Of a stretch of DNA of 64,000 nucleotides, positions 28,538 to 38,785 are shown in pieces. The stretch comes from Candidatus Omnitrophota bacterium (lineage in GTDB: Bacteria; Omnitrophota; Gorgyraeia; JAFGHF01): contig CP070837.1 of NCBI GenBank assembly GCA_020341815.1, positions 8,034 to 72,033 of the forward strand, written 5' to 3'. The first letter of the stretch is position 1, and each line of letters begins with the position of its first letter. The notes beneath the pieces are model-generated. The model was given only the letters and a program-made list of their open reading frames with translations. It did no database searches and was not told the DNA's origin. The position numbers were made by a program, and so were the translations under genes.

Positions 28538-29335
28538 CTTTTCAAGGAAGTCCCCTACCCTGGCGCTGAACTCCTCACCGGCCATAAAGATGGCCTCATT
28601 ATGCCCGCCGCGCATCTGGTAAAACTCTTTAGGCTGAGGCGCAGCCTCAAATAATTTCTCACCCAGCGCAAATGGCACAATTTCATCATCGCGGCTGTGA
28701 ATGATTAATTTGGGAATGGAGATATTTTTTATCTTTGCCAGGGCATCATATTTAACGGTAATTATCCATTTTACCGGAAGATAGGGAAAGAGTTTCTTGC
28801 CCATATCACGCGCCGAAGTAAAGGCGCCTTCCGAGATTAAGGCTTTTGCAGGCACCCTGGAGACCAAATCAATAGCCACGTTTGCCCCGATGGACTTTCC
28901 GTAGACCACAATATTCTCGCGATCCACATCCGCCCTGTTTAATAGATATTCAAAGGCCGCCTGCGCATCCTGATAGAGACCCGCCTCACTCGGCGAACCC
29001 TCGCTTCTTCCATAGCCCCGATAATCAAAGATAAAGACATTGAGATTAAGCCTGCGGAATATATTTATAATTTCAATGCGGTGGCTTATATTTCCCGCAT
29101 TGCCGTGGCAGAATAACAATGTGCCCCGCGCCCCATCCGCAGACACAAACCAGCCGTTGAGCTTTACGCCCGGGGCACTTTCGAAGAAAATATCTTCGTA
29201 TTTAAGGCCGTAGTCGCTGGGCGTAATCTCGATTTTTCTTAAAGGATAATAAATGCCTTTTTTCTCAAAATACTTTAAATAGGCAAAAACAAAGAAGGCA
29301 CATACTAATATTATTGTGATAATCTGCCTGAGCAT
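28532..29335 (-). CDS. Alpha/beta hydrolase
   Basis: HGNAGN, FDYRGYGRS, GKSIG, HSRDDE, GGHN. Confidence 0.9.
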   Translation of the reverse strand: MLRQIITIILVCAFFVFAYLKYFEKKGIYYPLRKIEITPSDYGLKYEDIFFESAPGVKLNGWFVSADGARGTLLFCHGNAGNISHRIEIINIFRRLNLNVFIFDYRGYGRSEGSPSEAGLYQDAQAAFEYLLNRADVDRENIVVYGKSIGANVAIDLVSRVPAKALISEGAFTSARDMGKKLFPYLPVKWIITVKYDALAKIKNISIPKLIIHSRDDEIVPFALGEKLFEAAPQPKEFYQMRGGHNEAIFMAGEEFSARVGDFLEKL

Positions 29336-29400
29336 TTTACTTTAAACCTCTTTACAATTATACCCCAATTTTATATAATAGTAAAGAAGGTGAATAGATA

Positions 29401-30984
29401 ATGAAGAAAACAAAAAAAACCAAGAAAACCAAAAAAGAGCCAAAGTCATCTTTTTTTATTGTAATTGCAGCTCTTGCCCTTATTATTGCAATAGCCTTTA
29501 TCTACTTAAACTTCATCTACCTGCCCCAAAAAGTAAGCTCTAAAGGACCTCTCTATCTGCAAGAGAAAACCAAAGGACAGGTTAAGGCCGAAGATATCCG
29601 CTATATTCCTTTCAAAGGGGTAAGCCTGAAAAATGTCACAATTCTCACTAAGACCAAAAAGCCTATTTTTACGATAGAGCAGGTATATTTTAATGCCCGC
29701 ATCTGGCCGCTGATTCTGCAGCAAAATCTCATCTTCCGCATTGACTTGCATCTGCCAAAAAAAGAAAGACCTCTCATCTTTAAGGGTCTTTATCAAATCA
29801 AAAAACAAGACTTAGAGGTGAATTTTAAGGCAAGAAATGACTTCTTTACCCAAAGTCAGACCATCCAGGGAACGCTTAAGTGTCTCCTGAATAAGAAAAA
29901 AAGATCCGATATAAACTTAAACATAACTTCCCGCGACCTAAATCTTCAGGGCAATCTTTATATGGAGGCGCAGGATGTGCATATCGAAAAATTATCCGCA
30001 AAAGTCTTAAACTCAAGCCTTGAACTTATCGGCGATGCCCAGAACCTTCCCGATGCCCTGCTCAATATCTACGGAAACCTTAATCTGGATTTAAAAGATC
30101 TAAAAAGCATAAAACCCGAATATACCGGCATACCTGCAAAATTGAAGCTTGAAGGCAACTGCAGGGGTGAGCTCTATATAAGCTCTGAAGCCCGTAACCC
30201 GCAAATCGGCCTAAAAATGGGTGCTGAAGAAATAAAGATTGAAGAAACTCAAGTCACGGATTTATCCCTTATATCGATAATGGAAGATAAAGAGTTTAAG
30301 CTTAATAAGCTTTATGCGAAGTCATGCGGCGGTGAAATCAATCTGCAGGGAAGCTGTAAATTGGATAAAGAAGGCCTGCCTGCCGATTTGCACTTAAATG
30401 TCTTCAATCTGGACATGCATAAGATACTTAAAGATATAACGGGCAAGGGCACGCCCGTGCACGGACGCCTGTTTACCCTGGGCCGTCTATCAGGTCCCCT
30501 TAAAACCCCCAAGAACTGCCAGGGTGATCTCTGGGTGAGCGTCTCCGGCTCCAATATACTAAAGCTGCCTCTATTTGAGGGTATAGTCAATGTGCTTCGC
30601 CTGCCTGAGCTGGGTAAAATTGAGTTTAAAGAGGCCAGCGGCAATTTCCGCATTGGGCAACAGGCAATCTCAACCGAGGATTTCAAAATAGCAAGTAGCA
30701 GCATAGTCATATATTTCAAAGGATATATGGATTTTGCCGGCAACTTATCCTTTACTATTCAACCCACTTTTTCTCAAAGTTACCTTGCCAGCACCCCGAG
30801 CGTAGGCAATATCTTAGGGATACTTATTGATTCCACAGGCACCTTCCTGGGAGAAATCGAGATGAAGGGCACCATCAAAGAGCCCCGCTATACCTTCAGG
30901 CCCATATCTATGGAGAAGCTTCTGCCTCGAGGCATAGAAGAAGGAATCAAGCAATTCTTTAAATTCAGAAAGAAAAAGGAATAA
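29401..30984 (+). CDS. AsmA-like protein
   Basis: N-terminal TM, beta-rich repeats, C-terminal GTIKEP. Confidence 0.65.
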   Translation: MKKTKKTKKTKKEPKSSFFIVIAALALIIAIAFIYLNFIYLPQKVSSKGPLYLQEKTKGQVKAEDIRYIPFKGVSLKNVTILTKTKKPIFTIEQVYFNARIWPLILQQNLIFRIDLHLPKKERPLIFKGLYQIKKQDLEVNFKARNDFFTQSQTIQGTLKCLLNKKKRSDINLNITSRDLNLQGNLYMEAQDVHIEKLSAKVLNSSLELIGDAQNLPDALLNIYGNLNLDLKDLKSIKPEYTGIPAKLKLEGNCRGELYISSEARNPQIGLKMGAEEIKIEETQVTDLSLISIMEDKEFKLNKLYAKSCGGEINLQGSCKLDKEGLPADLHLNVFNLDMHKILKDITGKGTPVHGRLFTLGRLSGPLKTPKNCQGDLWVSVSGSNILKLPLFEGIVNVLRLPELGKIEFKEASGNFRIGQQAISTEDFKIASSSIVIYFKGYMDFAGNLSFTIQPTFSQSYLASTPSVGNILGILIDSTGTFLGEIEMKGTIKEPRYTFRPISMEKLLPRGIEEGIKQFFKFRKKKE

Positions 30985-30985
30985 A

Positions 30986-32212
30986 ATCAATAAGAACTTT
31001 CTTAAAGTCAGCGTTATATTCTTCGCTTTCTATCTGATATTTGCCGGGCACTACTTTAAGCGAATCTATCAGCCCTGGGGAACGTGCGATACGGACTTCA
31101 CTGTCTTCAAACGGGCAGCCGATGATATTGCCCAAAAAAAAGACATATACCAAAAGTCTTATCTAAGTACCGGCCGGGACTATTATAAGTATTCTCCTGC
31201 CTTCGCCGTATTTATGATTCCCTTAAGCCGGCTGCACATGCATTTGTCTGTGCCCATCTGGTATTTATCCATCTTTATATTTTTTATTATCTCTATTTTC
31301 TTTATTACAAAAATCCTCACCCTTCAGGATAAGACAAAGACTCTTTCCAAGACCTTTTATTTCCTGGGGATACTGATGAGCCTGCGCTTTCTTTTAAGCG
31401 TTATCCAGCGGGTGCAAAGCGACGCCCTTGTGCTTTTTCTTTTGGCCGGATTTATCTATGCCCTTTTCCTGAAAAAAGATATTTTAGCGGGTTTTTCTTT
31501 GGCAGGCGCCTTTGCCGTCAAGCTTACCCCTTTAATATTTTTCCCTTTTCTTATCTTGCGCAAAAAGTTTAAGGCAGCTGCCTCATTCTTACTCTTTGTG
31601 CTCTTCTACGGCTTTTCCCCTGCCTTGTACCTGGGCTTTAATAAAAACCTGGAGTATCTGAAAAGTTTCCTTTTAGTGCACAGGCAAAACCCCGCAGATT
31701 ATATTATGTGGTATAAAAACCAGTCTCTCTTAAGCTGTCTTTTGAGATTTCTCACCCAGCCTTCGCAAGTCAGTATATTGAATTTAAACCCACAGGTGGT
31801 ATATATCATTTTTGCTATTCTGGCGGCATTTCTTTTTTCTCTGATTTTCATTTCCCGCAAAAAGACTCATCGCACATCCGGTTTTTCCTACCTCGCAGAT
31901 GTTTCTCTGGTCCTTATCTGCATGATTATCTTCTCACCCCTGGCCTGGAAGCACACCTTTGTGCATTTAATTATTCCGCATCTGGTTTTATTATATTACA
32001 TATTTTATCTAAACCCGCAGGATAAAATTACAAAGGTTCTGGTAATTAGCTCTTTTCTAATCAATACTATGCTTAACCCGGAAATCACCGGAAGTCTTTC
32101 TAAGATTATTCAATTATATTCAAATGTTACTTTCGGCACACTCCTGTTATATGCGGCCCTTTTAAGAGCCAGGGGAAAATATGCAGACCTTAATTATCAT
32201 TCCCACTTATAA
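30986..32212 (+). CDS. GT87/DUF2029-like membrane glycosyltransferase (start uncertain)
   Basis: Frame open from 30938 with DFTVF and YKYSP motifs upstream of ATG 31214; VKLTP, NQSL, SPLAWKH. Confidence 0.75.
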   Translation: MNKNFLKVSVIFFAFYLIFAGHYFKRIYQPWGTCDTDFTVFKRAADDIAQKKDIYQKSYLSTGRDYYKYSPAFAVFMIPLSRLHMHLSVPIWYLSIFIFFIISIFFITKILTLQDKTKTLSKTFYFLGILMSLRFLLSVIQRVQSDALVLFLLAGFIYALFLKKDILAGFSLAGAFAVKLTPLIFFPFLILRKKFKAAASFLLFVLFYGFSPALYLGFNKNLEYLKSFLLVHRQNPADYIMWYKNQSLLSCLLRFLTQPSQVSILNLNPQVVYIIFAILAAFLFSLIFISRKKTHRTSGFSYLADVSLVLICMIIFSPLAWKHTFVHLIIPHLVLLYYIFYLNPQDKITKVLVISSFLINTMLNPEITGSLSKIIQLYSNVTFGTLLLYAALLRARGKYADLNYHSHL

Positions 32213-32900
32213 CGAAATAGAAAACTTACAAAAGCTTACCGAAAATATTTTTCTTGTGCTTCCGCAAACCAATATTCTTGTTATCGATGACGACTCTCCT
32301 GACGGAACAGGAAGGCTCGCCCAAAGCCTGGCCGGGAAAAATCACAAAATTAAACTGATCCAGAGGGGCGGAAAATCGGGTCTGGGAAGCGCCTATATCC
32401 GGGGATTTAGATATGCCCTTGAGAATAACTATGACTTTGTCTTTGAGATGGACGCCGACTTCTCGCATAACCCGAAATACCTGCCTGAATTTCTTAAGCA
32501 GGCTACACAGTACAATCTTATCCTGGGTTCGCGTTATATTAAAGGAGGGGGTATTACAGAGTGGGGTATCCTGCGCAAGTTGATCAGTTACGCAGCCAAC
32601 CTTTACGCAAGGATAATTTTAGGTCTTCCCTATCGCGATTTAACCGGAGGGTTTAAATGCTATTCTCAAGCCGCCTTAAGGAACCTGGAATTAGATTCCA
32701 TTATCTGTGAAGGCTATGGATTTCAGATAGAAACTACTTACAGGATTTACCGCAAAGGCCTCAGCATTAAAGAAATCCCCATTGTCTTTAAAGGCAGGCG
32801 CAGAGGAAAATCAAAGATTTCCCGTAAGATCTGTTTTGAGGCATTCTGGAAGGTGCCCTTATTGCGCTTTCGGCGTATTTACCCCGAACCAAAATACTAA
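32181..32900 (+). CDS. Polyprenol monophosphomannose synthase (DPM1-like GT2)
   Basis: IIPTYNE, DDDSPDGTG, GLGSAY, EMDADFSH, DLTGGFK. Confidence 0.9.
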   Translation: MQTLIIIPTYNEIENLQKLTENIFLVLPQTNILVIDDDSPDGTGRLAQSLAGKNHKIKLIQRGGKSGLGSAYIRGFRYALENNYDFVFEMDADFSHNPKYLPEFLKQATQYNLILGSRYIKGGGITEWGILRKLISYAANLYARIILGLPYRDLTGGFKCYSQAALRNLELDSIICEGYGFQIETTYRIYRKGLSIKEIPIVFKGRRRGKSKISRKICFEAFWKVPLLRFRRIYPEPKY

Positions 32901-32984
32901 TAACAATCAATCTTTAAAGTGAACTAGTGCCATACGGCATTAGCTTGCTATTAGTTTTGACTGTTGGAGTATTTTAGTTCGGGG
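32882..32984. mobile_element. 103-bp MITE-like element, copy B
   Basis: TIR CCCCGAACCAAAATAC; TTTA duplicated on both sides. Confidence 0.8.
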
Positions 32985-33583
32985 TTTAACTTAAAATATT
33001 TTATAATAAGTCTTTTTGCCGCCTTTAGCGCCCGGGCGCGATGGCTTATTTTATTTTTTATCTTGGGCTTGAGCTGGGCAAAGGTCTTTCCGTATTTTGG
33101 AACGATAAACACCGGGTCGTAGCCGAAGCCGTATTTTCCCTTCGGGCTAAAAGCAATCCTGCCGCGAATCTTTCCCTCCACCAGGCCGATAACTTTCGGA
33201 TAATCGCAAAGCGCCACAACACACCTGAATTGCGCGCCTCGCTCCTTCATCTTCTTGCCCTTGAGCATCTTGAGAAGCTTCCGGTTATTCCGGGCATAGG
33301 TTGCATTCTTTCCGGCAAAACGCGCAGAACGCACACCGGGTAAGCCGCCCAAGACATCTGTCTCCAGACCGGAATCATCCGCTAAGGCCGGCCTTTTAGT
33401 AAACTTAGAAACTGCCTGCGCTTTACGCAGGGCGTTTTCCCGAAAGCAACTGGCGCCTTCTTTTACTTCAGGGCAGTCAGGATACTTATTCAGCGAAACT
33501 ACCTTCACCCCCAGGCCCTTAAGGAGTTGCTTCAATTCCCTTTCCTTATCGCGGTTTTTGGTGGCAATTACTAATTCTCTCAT
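32951..33583 (-). CDS. rdgB: XTP/dITP diphosphatase
   Basis: [36 protein letters not shown]. Confidence 0.93.
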   Translation of the reverse strand: MRELVIATKNRDKERELKQLLKGLGVKVVSLNKYPDCPEVKEGASCFRENALRKAQAVSKFTKRPALADDSGLETDVLGGLPGVRSARFAGKNATYARNNRKLLKMLKGKKMKERGAQFRCVVALCDYPKVIGLVEGKIRGRIAFSPKGKYGFGYDPVFIVPKYGKTFAQLKPKIKNKISHRARALKAAKRLIIKYFKLNPELKYSNSQN

Positions 33584-34302
33584 CTGCCTTTTCCCAGAAT
33601 GCGCTTCTCAGCCGCAATTAACTCCCTTATCCCCTTGGAAGCCAAATCAAGCAAATCGCGCATCTGTTTTCTGGAAAAGGGCTCTTTCTCGGCTGTGCCC
33701 TGAATTTCTACAAGCTTATCCCTACCGGTCATTACCACATTCATGTCCACAGAGGCAGATGAATCCTCCGCATAACTAAGGTCTAAGAGGAACTTGTCGT
33801 TGCATATACCCACACTGACAGCCGCCACATAATCTTTAAGCGGTAACTTATCAAACAATTTATCCTTTTGCAATTTCTCAAGGCACTGCACCAAAGCCAC
33901 GAAGCCTCCGGTAATTGAGGCCGTGCGTGTTCCTCCGTCGGCCTGCAGGACATCGCAGTCTATCCAGATAGTCCGCTCACCTAATTTATCTAATTCCGCT
34001 GCCGCTCTTAAAGAACGGCCGATAAGCCGCTGAATTTCCTGGGTACGTCCGCTGACCTTGCCAATTCTGGCCTCGCGGGGGATACGCTGAGCGCATGAAC
34101 GCGGCAACATCCCGTATTCGGCGCTGATCCAGCCCACACCCTGTCCTCTCAGGAAAGGAGGAACCCTTTCCTCTAAGGTCGCTGTGCAAGCCACCTTAGT
34201 CTTGCCTAACTCTATCAGGCAAGACCCTTCGGCATACTTGTTATAGCCGGGTTTTATCTTGAGCCGCCTTAATTTGTTGTTACTCCTGCCGCCTGCACGC
34301 AT
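33580..34302 (-). CDS. rph: Ribonuclease PH
   Basis: [41 protein letters not shown]. Confidence 0.96.
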   Translation of the reverse strand: MRAGGRSNNKLRRLKIKPGYNKYAEGSCLIELGKTKVACTATLEERVPPFLRGQGVGWISAEYGMLPRSCAQRIPREARIGKVSGRTQEIQRLIGRSLRAAAELDKLGERTIWIDCDVLQADGGTRTASITGGFVALVQCLEKLQKDKLFDKLPLKDYVAAVSVGICNDKFLLDLSYAEDSSASVDMNVVMTGRDKLVEIQGTAEKEPFSRKQMRDLLDLASKGIRELIAAEKRILGKGR

Positions 34303-34835
34303 TATCCTGCCTTCCTTTTATATATATCCCTGCCTGCTGAATCAATTCCCACAATAAGAGGGAAGTCTTCCACCTCTAATCTATATATTGCCTCCGGGCC
34401 GAATTTTTTATAGGCTACGACCCTGGCCTTCTTTACCCTGGTGGAAAGCAGGGCCCCGCATCCTCCGATGGCCAGAAAATATACAGCCTTGTATTTCTTA
34501 ATGGCTGCTCTCACCTGAGGGCTTCTCGGGCCCTTACCAATCATCCCTTTAAGACCCACCTTCAACAAATCCAAAGTAAAATCATCCATCCGCGAGCTGG
34601 TGGTGGGGCCGCAGGAGCCGATAACTCTATCTTTTTGACGAGGGGTAGGCCCGCAGTAATAAATTACCTGATCCCTCAGGCAAATAGGCAGCTTTCTGTT
34701 ATGCCTTACGGCATCTGAAAGCTCCTGATGAGCTAAATCGCGCGCCGTATAAATAACTCCGCTTAGCGAAACCTCATCGCCGACTTTTAAGGATTTGATA
34801 CTCTTTTCTGCCAGAGGGCTGTAGATTCTCTTCAC
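34302..34835 (-). CDS. Fe-S hydro-lyase (fumarate hydratase/tartrate dehydratase) beta subunit
   Basis: [20 protein letters not shown]; GTG start. Confidence 0.9.
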   Translation of the reverse strand: MKRIYSPLAEKSIKSLKVGDEVSLSGVIYTARDLAHQELSDAVRHNRKLPICLRDQVIYYCGPTPRQKDRVIGSCGPTTSSRMDDFTLDLLKVGLKGMIGKGPRSPQVRAAIKKYKAVYFLAIGGCGALLSTRVKKARVVAYKKFGPEAIYRLEVEDFPLIVGIDSAGRDIYKRKAG

Positions 34836-34903
34836 CCCGCCCTTCCTTTCCTCGTAATGCCAAGGTTTCGTCCCCGTCCTTCTGATGTTTTGGAAGGGCG
34901 GGG
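34835..34903. mobile_element. 69-bp MITE-like element (CCCCGCCCTTCC TIR), copy 1
   Basis: TIRs plus TTCA duplicated on both sides. Confidence 0.8.
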
Positions 34904-34910
34904 TTCATCT

Positions 34911-35753
34911 TTATATCCGCCTGGAGGCGCTCCTTAAGGCGTGACAACTAATGTTTATGGCCACAGGAAGCCCGGCGATATGCGTGGGAGCTGTTAAGAC
35001 ATTTACGCCTAAGCAGGTAGTCTTTCCTCCCAAACCCATCGGGCCGATACCCAATCGATTGATTTTGTTAAGCAATTCTTTTTCTAACTTCGCTACTATT
35101 TTATCGCTATTCTTTCTCTTGAGCGGACGCAATAAGGCCTCTTTAGCTAAAGATGCCGCCCGATCGGATGTTGCGCCTATACCCACTCCGACTATAAAAG
35201 GCGGACAGGCCTCACTCCCGGCAAGCTTGACCTCTCGAATAATAAAGTCTTTAATTTTCTCTGGACCCTCGCTGGGTTTAAACATCCGGAGTGCGCTTTT
35301 GTTTTCGCAGCCAAAACCTTTTGGCAGAACAGCCAGCTCAAGGTGCGCACCCTTTACTATCTCAACAGTCACAACTGCCGGAGAAAATCCAGGAGTCGTC
35401 TTTCTCTTGAGCGGATGGGCAGTAATGGAATTGCGCAAGTAACCTTTTCTATACCCCTCTTCAACCCCTTTGTTTATTGCCTTTAAAAAGTCGCCTCCGA
35501 CAATTAATACTTCCTGTCCCAATTTCACAAAAACGCAAGGCAGGCCCGTATCCTGACAAATCGCCAGCTTAAACTTGCGCGCGCAGGCAGCATTATCCAA
35601 TAGCATCTGAAGAATGCCGCGGGCACGGGGATTGTCCTCCCGGGCCAGCGAAAGACGCAAGGCGCGCTTTACATCACTGCGCAAATTAGTATTGGCTTCA
35701 ATGCAAAGTTCGGATATGATACTCGTTATTTGGCGGGCATGAATTTTACGCAT
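34911..35753 (-). CDS. Fe-S hydro-lyase alpha subunit
   Basis: ICQDTG, PKGFGCEN, ACPP, GIGPMGLGG, SCHALR. Confidence 0.9.
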   Translation of the reverse strand: MRKIHARQITSIISELCIEANTNLRSDVKRALRLSLAREDNPRARGILQMLLDNAACARKFKLAICQDTGLPCVFVKLGQEVLIVGGDFLKAINKGVEEGYRKGYLRNSITAHPLKRKTTPGFSPAVVTVEIVKGAHLELAVLPKGFGCENKSALRMFKPSEGPEKIKDFIIREVKLAGSEACPPFIVGVGIGATSDRAASLAKEALLRPLKRKNSDKIVAKLEKELLNKINRLGIGPMGLGGKTTCLGVNVLTAPTHIAGLPVAINISCHALRSASRRI

Positions 35754-35754
35754 T

Positions 35755-36429
35755 TTATTTTGCCCCTGTCATCTTATGTAATTGCGGAATAACCTTTACA
35801 CACGATAGGTAGCGCGAGCAATATTTCTCCCAGAGCCTGACCTTTGCCAGGAGGTCTTTATTCAATTCAAAAAAATTGGGCTGTAAAATCAAAGGGACCT
35901 TTTTCGCGCGCAACTTTAAGATTACCTTGAGGGCCTTCTCTAAATCTATGCGCTCGGTGGTCTGACAGATAACTACCTTAACAAATACCTCTTTCTTCAA
36001 AGCTATTTTTAGAAATTTTTGATGCTCCTGCCAATACTCAAGGCTGCCCGTAGAGCTGGGCAGCTTAAAATCCATGGCAACAATATCGATATCTTCGATA
36101 ATATGAGCCAGCTCGTCCGCCAATATGCCGTTGGTTTCTAAATAAGTGGCAATGCCGTCATATTTAACCAATCTTAAGAATTCCTTCAGAAAATCATGCT
36201 GCTGCAGCGGCTCTCCTCCCGTCAGGCAAAGCGAGTGATATGGAACCTTAAATCTCTTAACCCTATCATATAATTCTAAAGGAGTATATTTATCGTAGGC
36301 ATTTAACCGGGTATCGCAAAAGCGGCAGGCCTGCTTACAACCATAGAAACGCACAAAGACCTGAGGAGTTCCCGCATATAAACCCTCTCCCTGAAGACTG
36401 AAAAATATATCGGCAACTTTTGCTTTCAC
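35755..36429 (-). CDS. queE: 7-carboxy-7-deazaguanine synthase (radical SAM)
   Basis: FFSLQGEG, CKQACRFCDT, TGGEP, LETNG, PQLHK; GTG start. Confidence 0.88.
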   Translation of the reverse strand: MKAKVADIFFSLQGEGLYAGTPQVFVRFYGCKQACRFCDTRLNAYDKYTPLELYDRVKRFKVPYHSLCLTGGEPLQQHDFLKEFLRLVKYDGIATYLETNGILADELAHIIEDIDIVAMDFKLPSSTGSLEYWQEHQKFLKIALKKEVFVKVVICQTTERIDLEKALKVILKLRAKKVPLILQPNFFELNKDLLAKVRLWEKYCSRYLSCVKVIPQLHKMTGAK

Positions 36430-36534
36430 CCCGCCCTTCCTTTCTTCGTAATGCCATAGTTAAATTTTACTTTTGCCAAACTATTACCTTCGCCCATATC
36501 TATTATGCAATGCGTGGTGTTTGGAAGGGCGGGG
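36429..36534. mobile_element. 106-bp MITE-like element (CCCCGCCCTTCC TIR), copy 2
   Basis: Same TIRs and TTCA duplication as 34835-34903. Confidence 0.8.
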
Positions 36535-36535
36535 T

Positions 36536-37873
36536 TCATAAGGCCTCCCCCGCTAAATCGTATTCTAAAGTGTCGGTTATTTTCACCTTTACGAAATCAC
36601 CCGCCTTAAGCTTTTTTCCAGACTTCACATAAACGCAGCCATCGACTTCGGGCGCATCGCCTTCTGTGCGCCCCAAAAATATATTTTTATCGCTTGAGGT
36701 TTCTTCATCGATAAGAAGGCACAACTCTTTTCCCAGAAAGCCCTGATTGATTTTTGTGCAAATATCCTGCTGTAGAGAAAGGGCTTGCCTATATCGGGCT
36801 TGTTTTATTTTTTCGGGAATCTGCCGTGCAAAATTAGAGGCCCGAGTGCCTTGCTCCTGCGAATACTTAAAAAGGCCCAGCCGCTCAAATTTTACTTCAC
36901 GGATAAAGTCCAGAAGTTCAGTGAACTCTTTATCCGTCTCCCCCGGAAAACCGACCATCAGCGTCGTCCTGATAAAAACTCCGGGGATTTCTTTTCTTAT
37001 TTTTTCAATCAGGGAAAGAATCTGCCTGCGCGAGGTGCGCCGGTTCATCCTCTTGAGTATTTTATCATTTATATGTTGAATAGGCAAGTCGATATATTTA
37101 CAAACCGAAGGCTCATCCCTGATAACATCTATCAACTCGCTAGATACATGCGCCGGATGGGCATATAACAGCCTTATCCATTTGCCTTTTGCCTGGCGGG
37201 ATATTTTCCTGATGAGCTCAGGAGCTTTTCCCAGCCTCATATGCAAATCCTGCCCGTAAAGAGTGGTATCCTGCCCGATTAAATTAATTTCGCTTACCCC
37301 TTGCTCCTCAAAAAGATGCCTGGTCTCTTTAAGGATAGAGCCCATCTTTCTTGAGCGGTGCCTACCGCGCAAATCAGGAATTACGCAGTAACTGCAACGG
37401 TTATTGCAGCCTTCGGATATCTTTACATAGGCAAAGTGTTCGGGTGTAAGCAATATGCGGGGTGAGGTGTGCGTATATAGAAAATCGCTCGGTCCGAATT
37501 TGCCAAAGCTTTTCTCCGAACCTATATTTTTTACCACAGCGGCAATCTTATCGATACTGCCCACGCCCACGAAGACATCCACCTCTTTAAGCTCCGGCAA
37601 TAGTTTATCTTTATATCGCTGCGCAAGGCATCCGCATACTATAATTGCCTCTATCTTGCCTTCTTTTTTCAGCCGGCCGAGATTGAGGATTGCATCAATG
37701 GACTCTTCTTCCGCCTCGCGGATAAAGCTGCAGGTATTCACAATTGCCACATCTGCCTCTGCGACTTCATCAGAAATCCCGAAGCCGGCCTTCTTCAAAT
37801 ACCCCAGCATCACTTCACTATCCACCAGATTTCTGGCGCAACCTAAGCTAAGTATCCCTATCTTTGCTTTCAT
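36536..37873 (-). CDS. rimO: Ribosomal protein S12 methylthiotransferase
   Basis: SLGCARNLVDSE, NTCSFI, KISEGCNNRCSYCVIP, DAPEVDG (TRAM). Confidence 0.94.
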   Translation of the reverse strand: MKAKIGILSLGCARNLVDSEVMLGYLKKAGFGISDEVAEADVAIVNTCSFIREAEEESIDAILNLGRLKKEGKIEAIIVCGCLAQRYKDKLLPELKEVDVFVGVGSIDKIAAVVKNIGSEKSFGKFGPSDFLYTHTSPRILLTPEHFAYVKISEGCNNRCSYCVIPDLRGRHRSRKMGSILKETRHLFEEQGVSEINLIGQDTTLYGQDLHMRLGKAPELIRKISRQAKGKWIRLLYAHPAHVSSELIDVIRDEPSVCKYIDLPIQHINDKILKRMNRRTSRRQILSLIEKIRKEIPGVFIRTTLMVGFPGETDKEFTELLDFIREVKFERLGLFKYSQEQGTRASNFARQIPEKIKQARYRQALSLQQDICTKINQGFLGKELCLLIDEETSSDKNIFLGRTEGDAPEVDGCVYVKSGKKLKAGDFVKVKITDTLEYDLAGEAL

Positions 37874-37920
37874 CCTTATCCATCCGTGTATAAAAATGAA
37901 AAATCGGGGCTTCCCCCGAC

Positions 37921-37951
37921 ACTGTCAACTCTTAACTGTCAACTGTTAACT
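37921..37951. repeat. Heptamer tandem array ACTGTCA/ACTCTTA/ACTGTTA
   Basis: Four-plus 7-mer units between rodZ and rimO. Confidence 0.7.
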
Positions 37952-37954
37952 AAA

Positions 37955-38785
37955 TTATTTTCCCTCAATCCCCTCGCGGGTAACCACAAGGGCCCTCTTA
38001 ACCTGGGCCTTCTTCAGGTCAACAGGATTTCCGTTAAGGGATACCTCTATTACTTCAGGTTTTCCTATACGTAACTCTATCCTGTCTTTGGCCCGCCAGC
38101 GTTCGGTCTTTCCTTTATATAGGGTCTTCTCAAATACGGCCTGCTCATCGGTTTTTACCCGCATCCAGCAGTTGTCAAGGGTCTTGACCTCCAGAATTAA
38201 ATCTTCCGCTTGAGGTAAAACTACGGGTACTGCCTTTACTTCGATCTTGGGCTTGACCTTAGGCTTTTCGATTTCCTTGGCTATCTGCTGTTTACCTTCA
38301 GTAGAACGAGAGATATTTTTCAAGACAAAGCGAAAATAAAAAACAAAAGCAAATGAAAAAACTATAATCAAAACTCCTCTTATAATCGAAACGGGTTTAA
38401 GCTGGGGAATCTTCCTGCTCTGAGGTTTTTTATCCGAAACAGCCGTAACAGGGCTGGCGGCAACAACAGAAGCAACGGGGTGAGTAAACTGATTGACTTC
38501 TTTTTTCTGGTCATCTTTGGAAATATTTTTGGGTGCCTCTTTGGGCTCATCTTTCCGGGCCTCATTGGTATATTCTCTAAGCAGTTGCTCGCTATCCAAC
38601 CCCAAATACCGGGCATAGGTTTTTAAAAATCCTTTTATATAGATAGGACTTAACAAACTATCTGCCCTGTCTTCCTCCAGGGCCTGCAGGATATTGTGAT
38701 GAATCTTGGTATCCTTATAGACTTCATCTAAAGAGATTCTTTTCTCCTGCCTTGCCTTTTTTAACTTTTCGCCTACGCTCTGCAT
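37955..38785 (-). CDS. rodZ: RodZ-like protein (HTH + TM + DUF4115)
   Basis: GEKLKKAR..., YIKGFLKTYARYLGLD, TM, C-terminal WMRV..D. Confidence 0.85.
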   Translation of the reverse strand: MQSVGEKLKKARQEKRISLDEVYKDTKIHHNILQALEEDRADSLLSPIYIKGFLKTYARYLGLDSEQLLREYTNEARKDEPKEAPKNISKDDQKKEVNQFTHPVASVVAASPVTAVSDKKPQSRKIPQLKPVSIIRGVLIIVFSFAFVFYFRFVLKNISRSTEGKQQIAKEIEKPKVKPKIEVKAVPVVLPQAEDLILEVKTLDNCWMRVKTDEQAVFEKTLYKGKTERWRAKDRIELRIGKPEVIEVSLNGNPVDLKKAQVKRALVVTREGIEGK

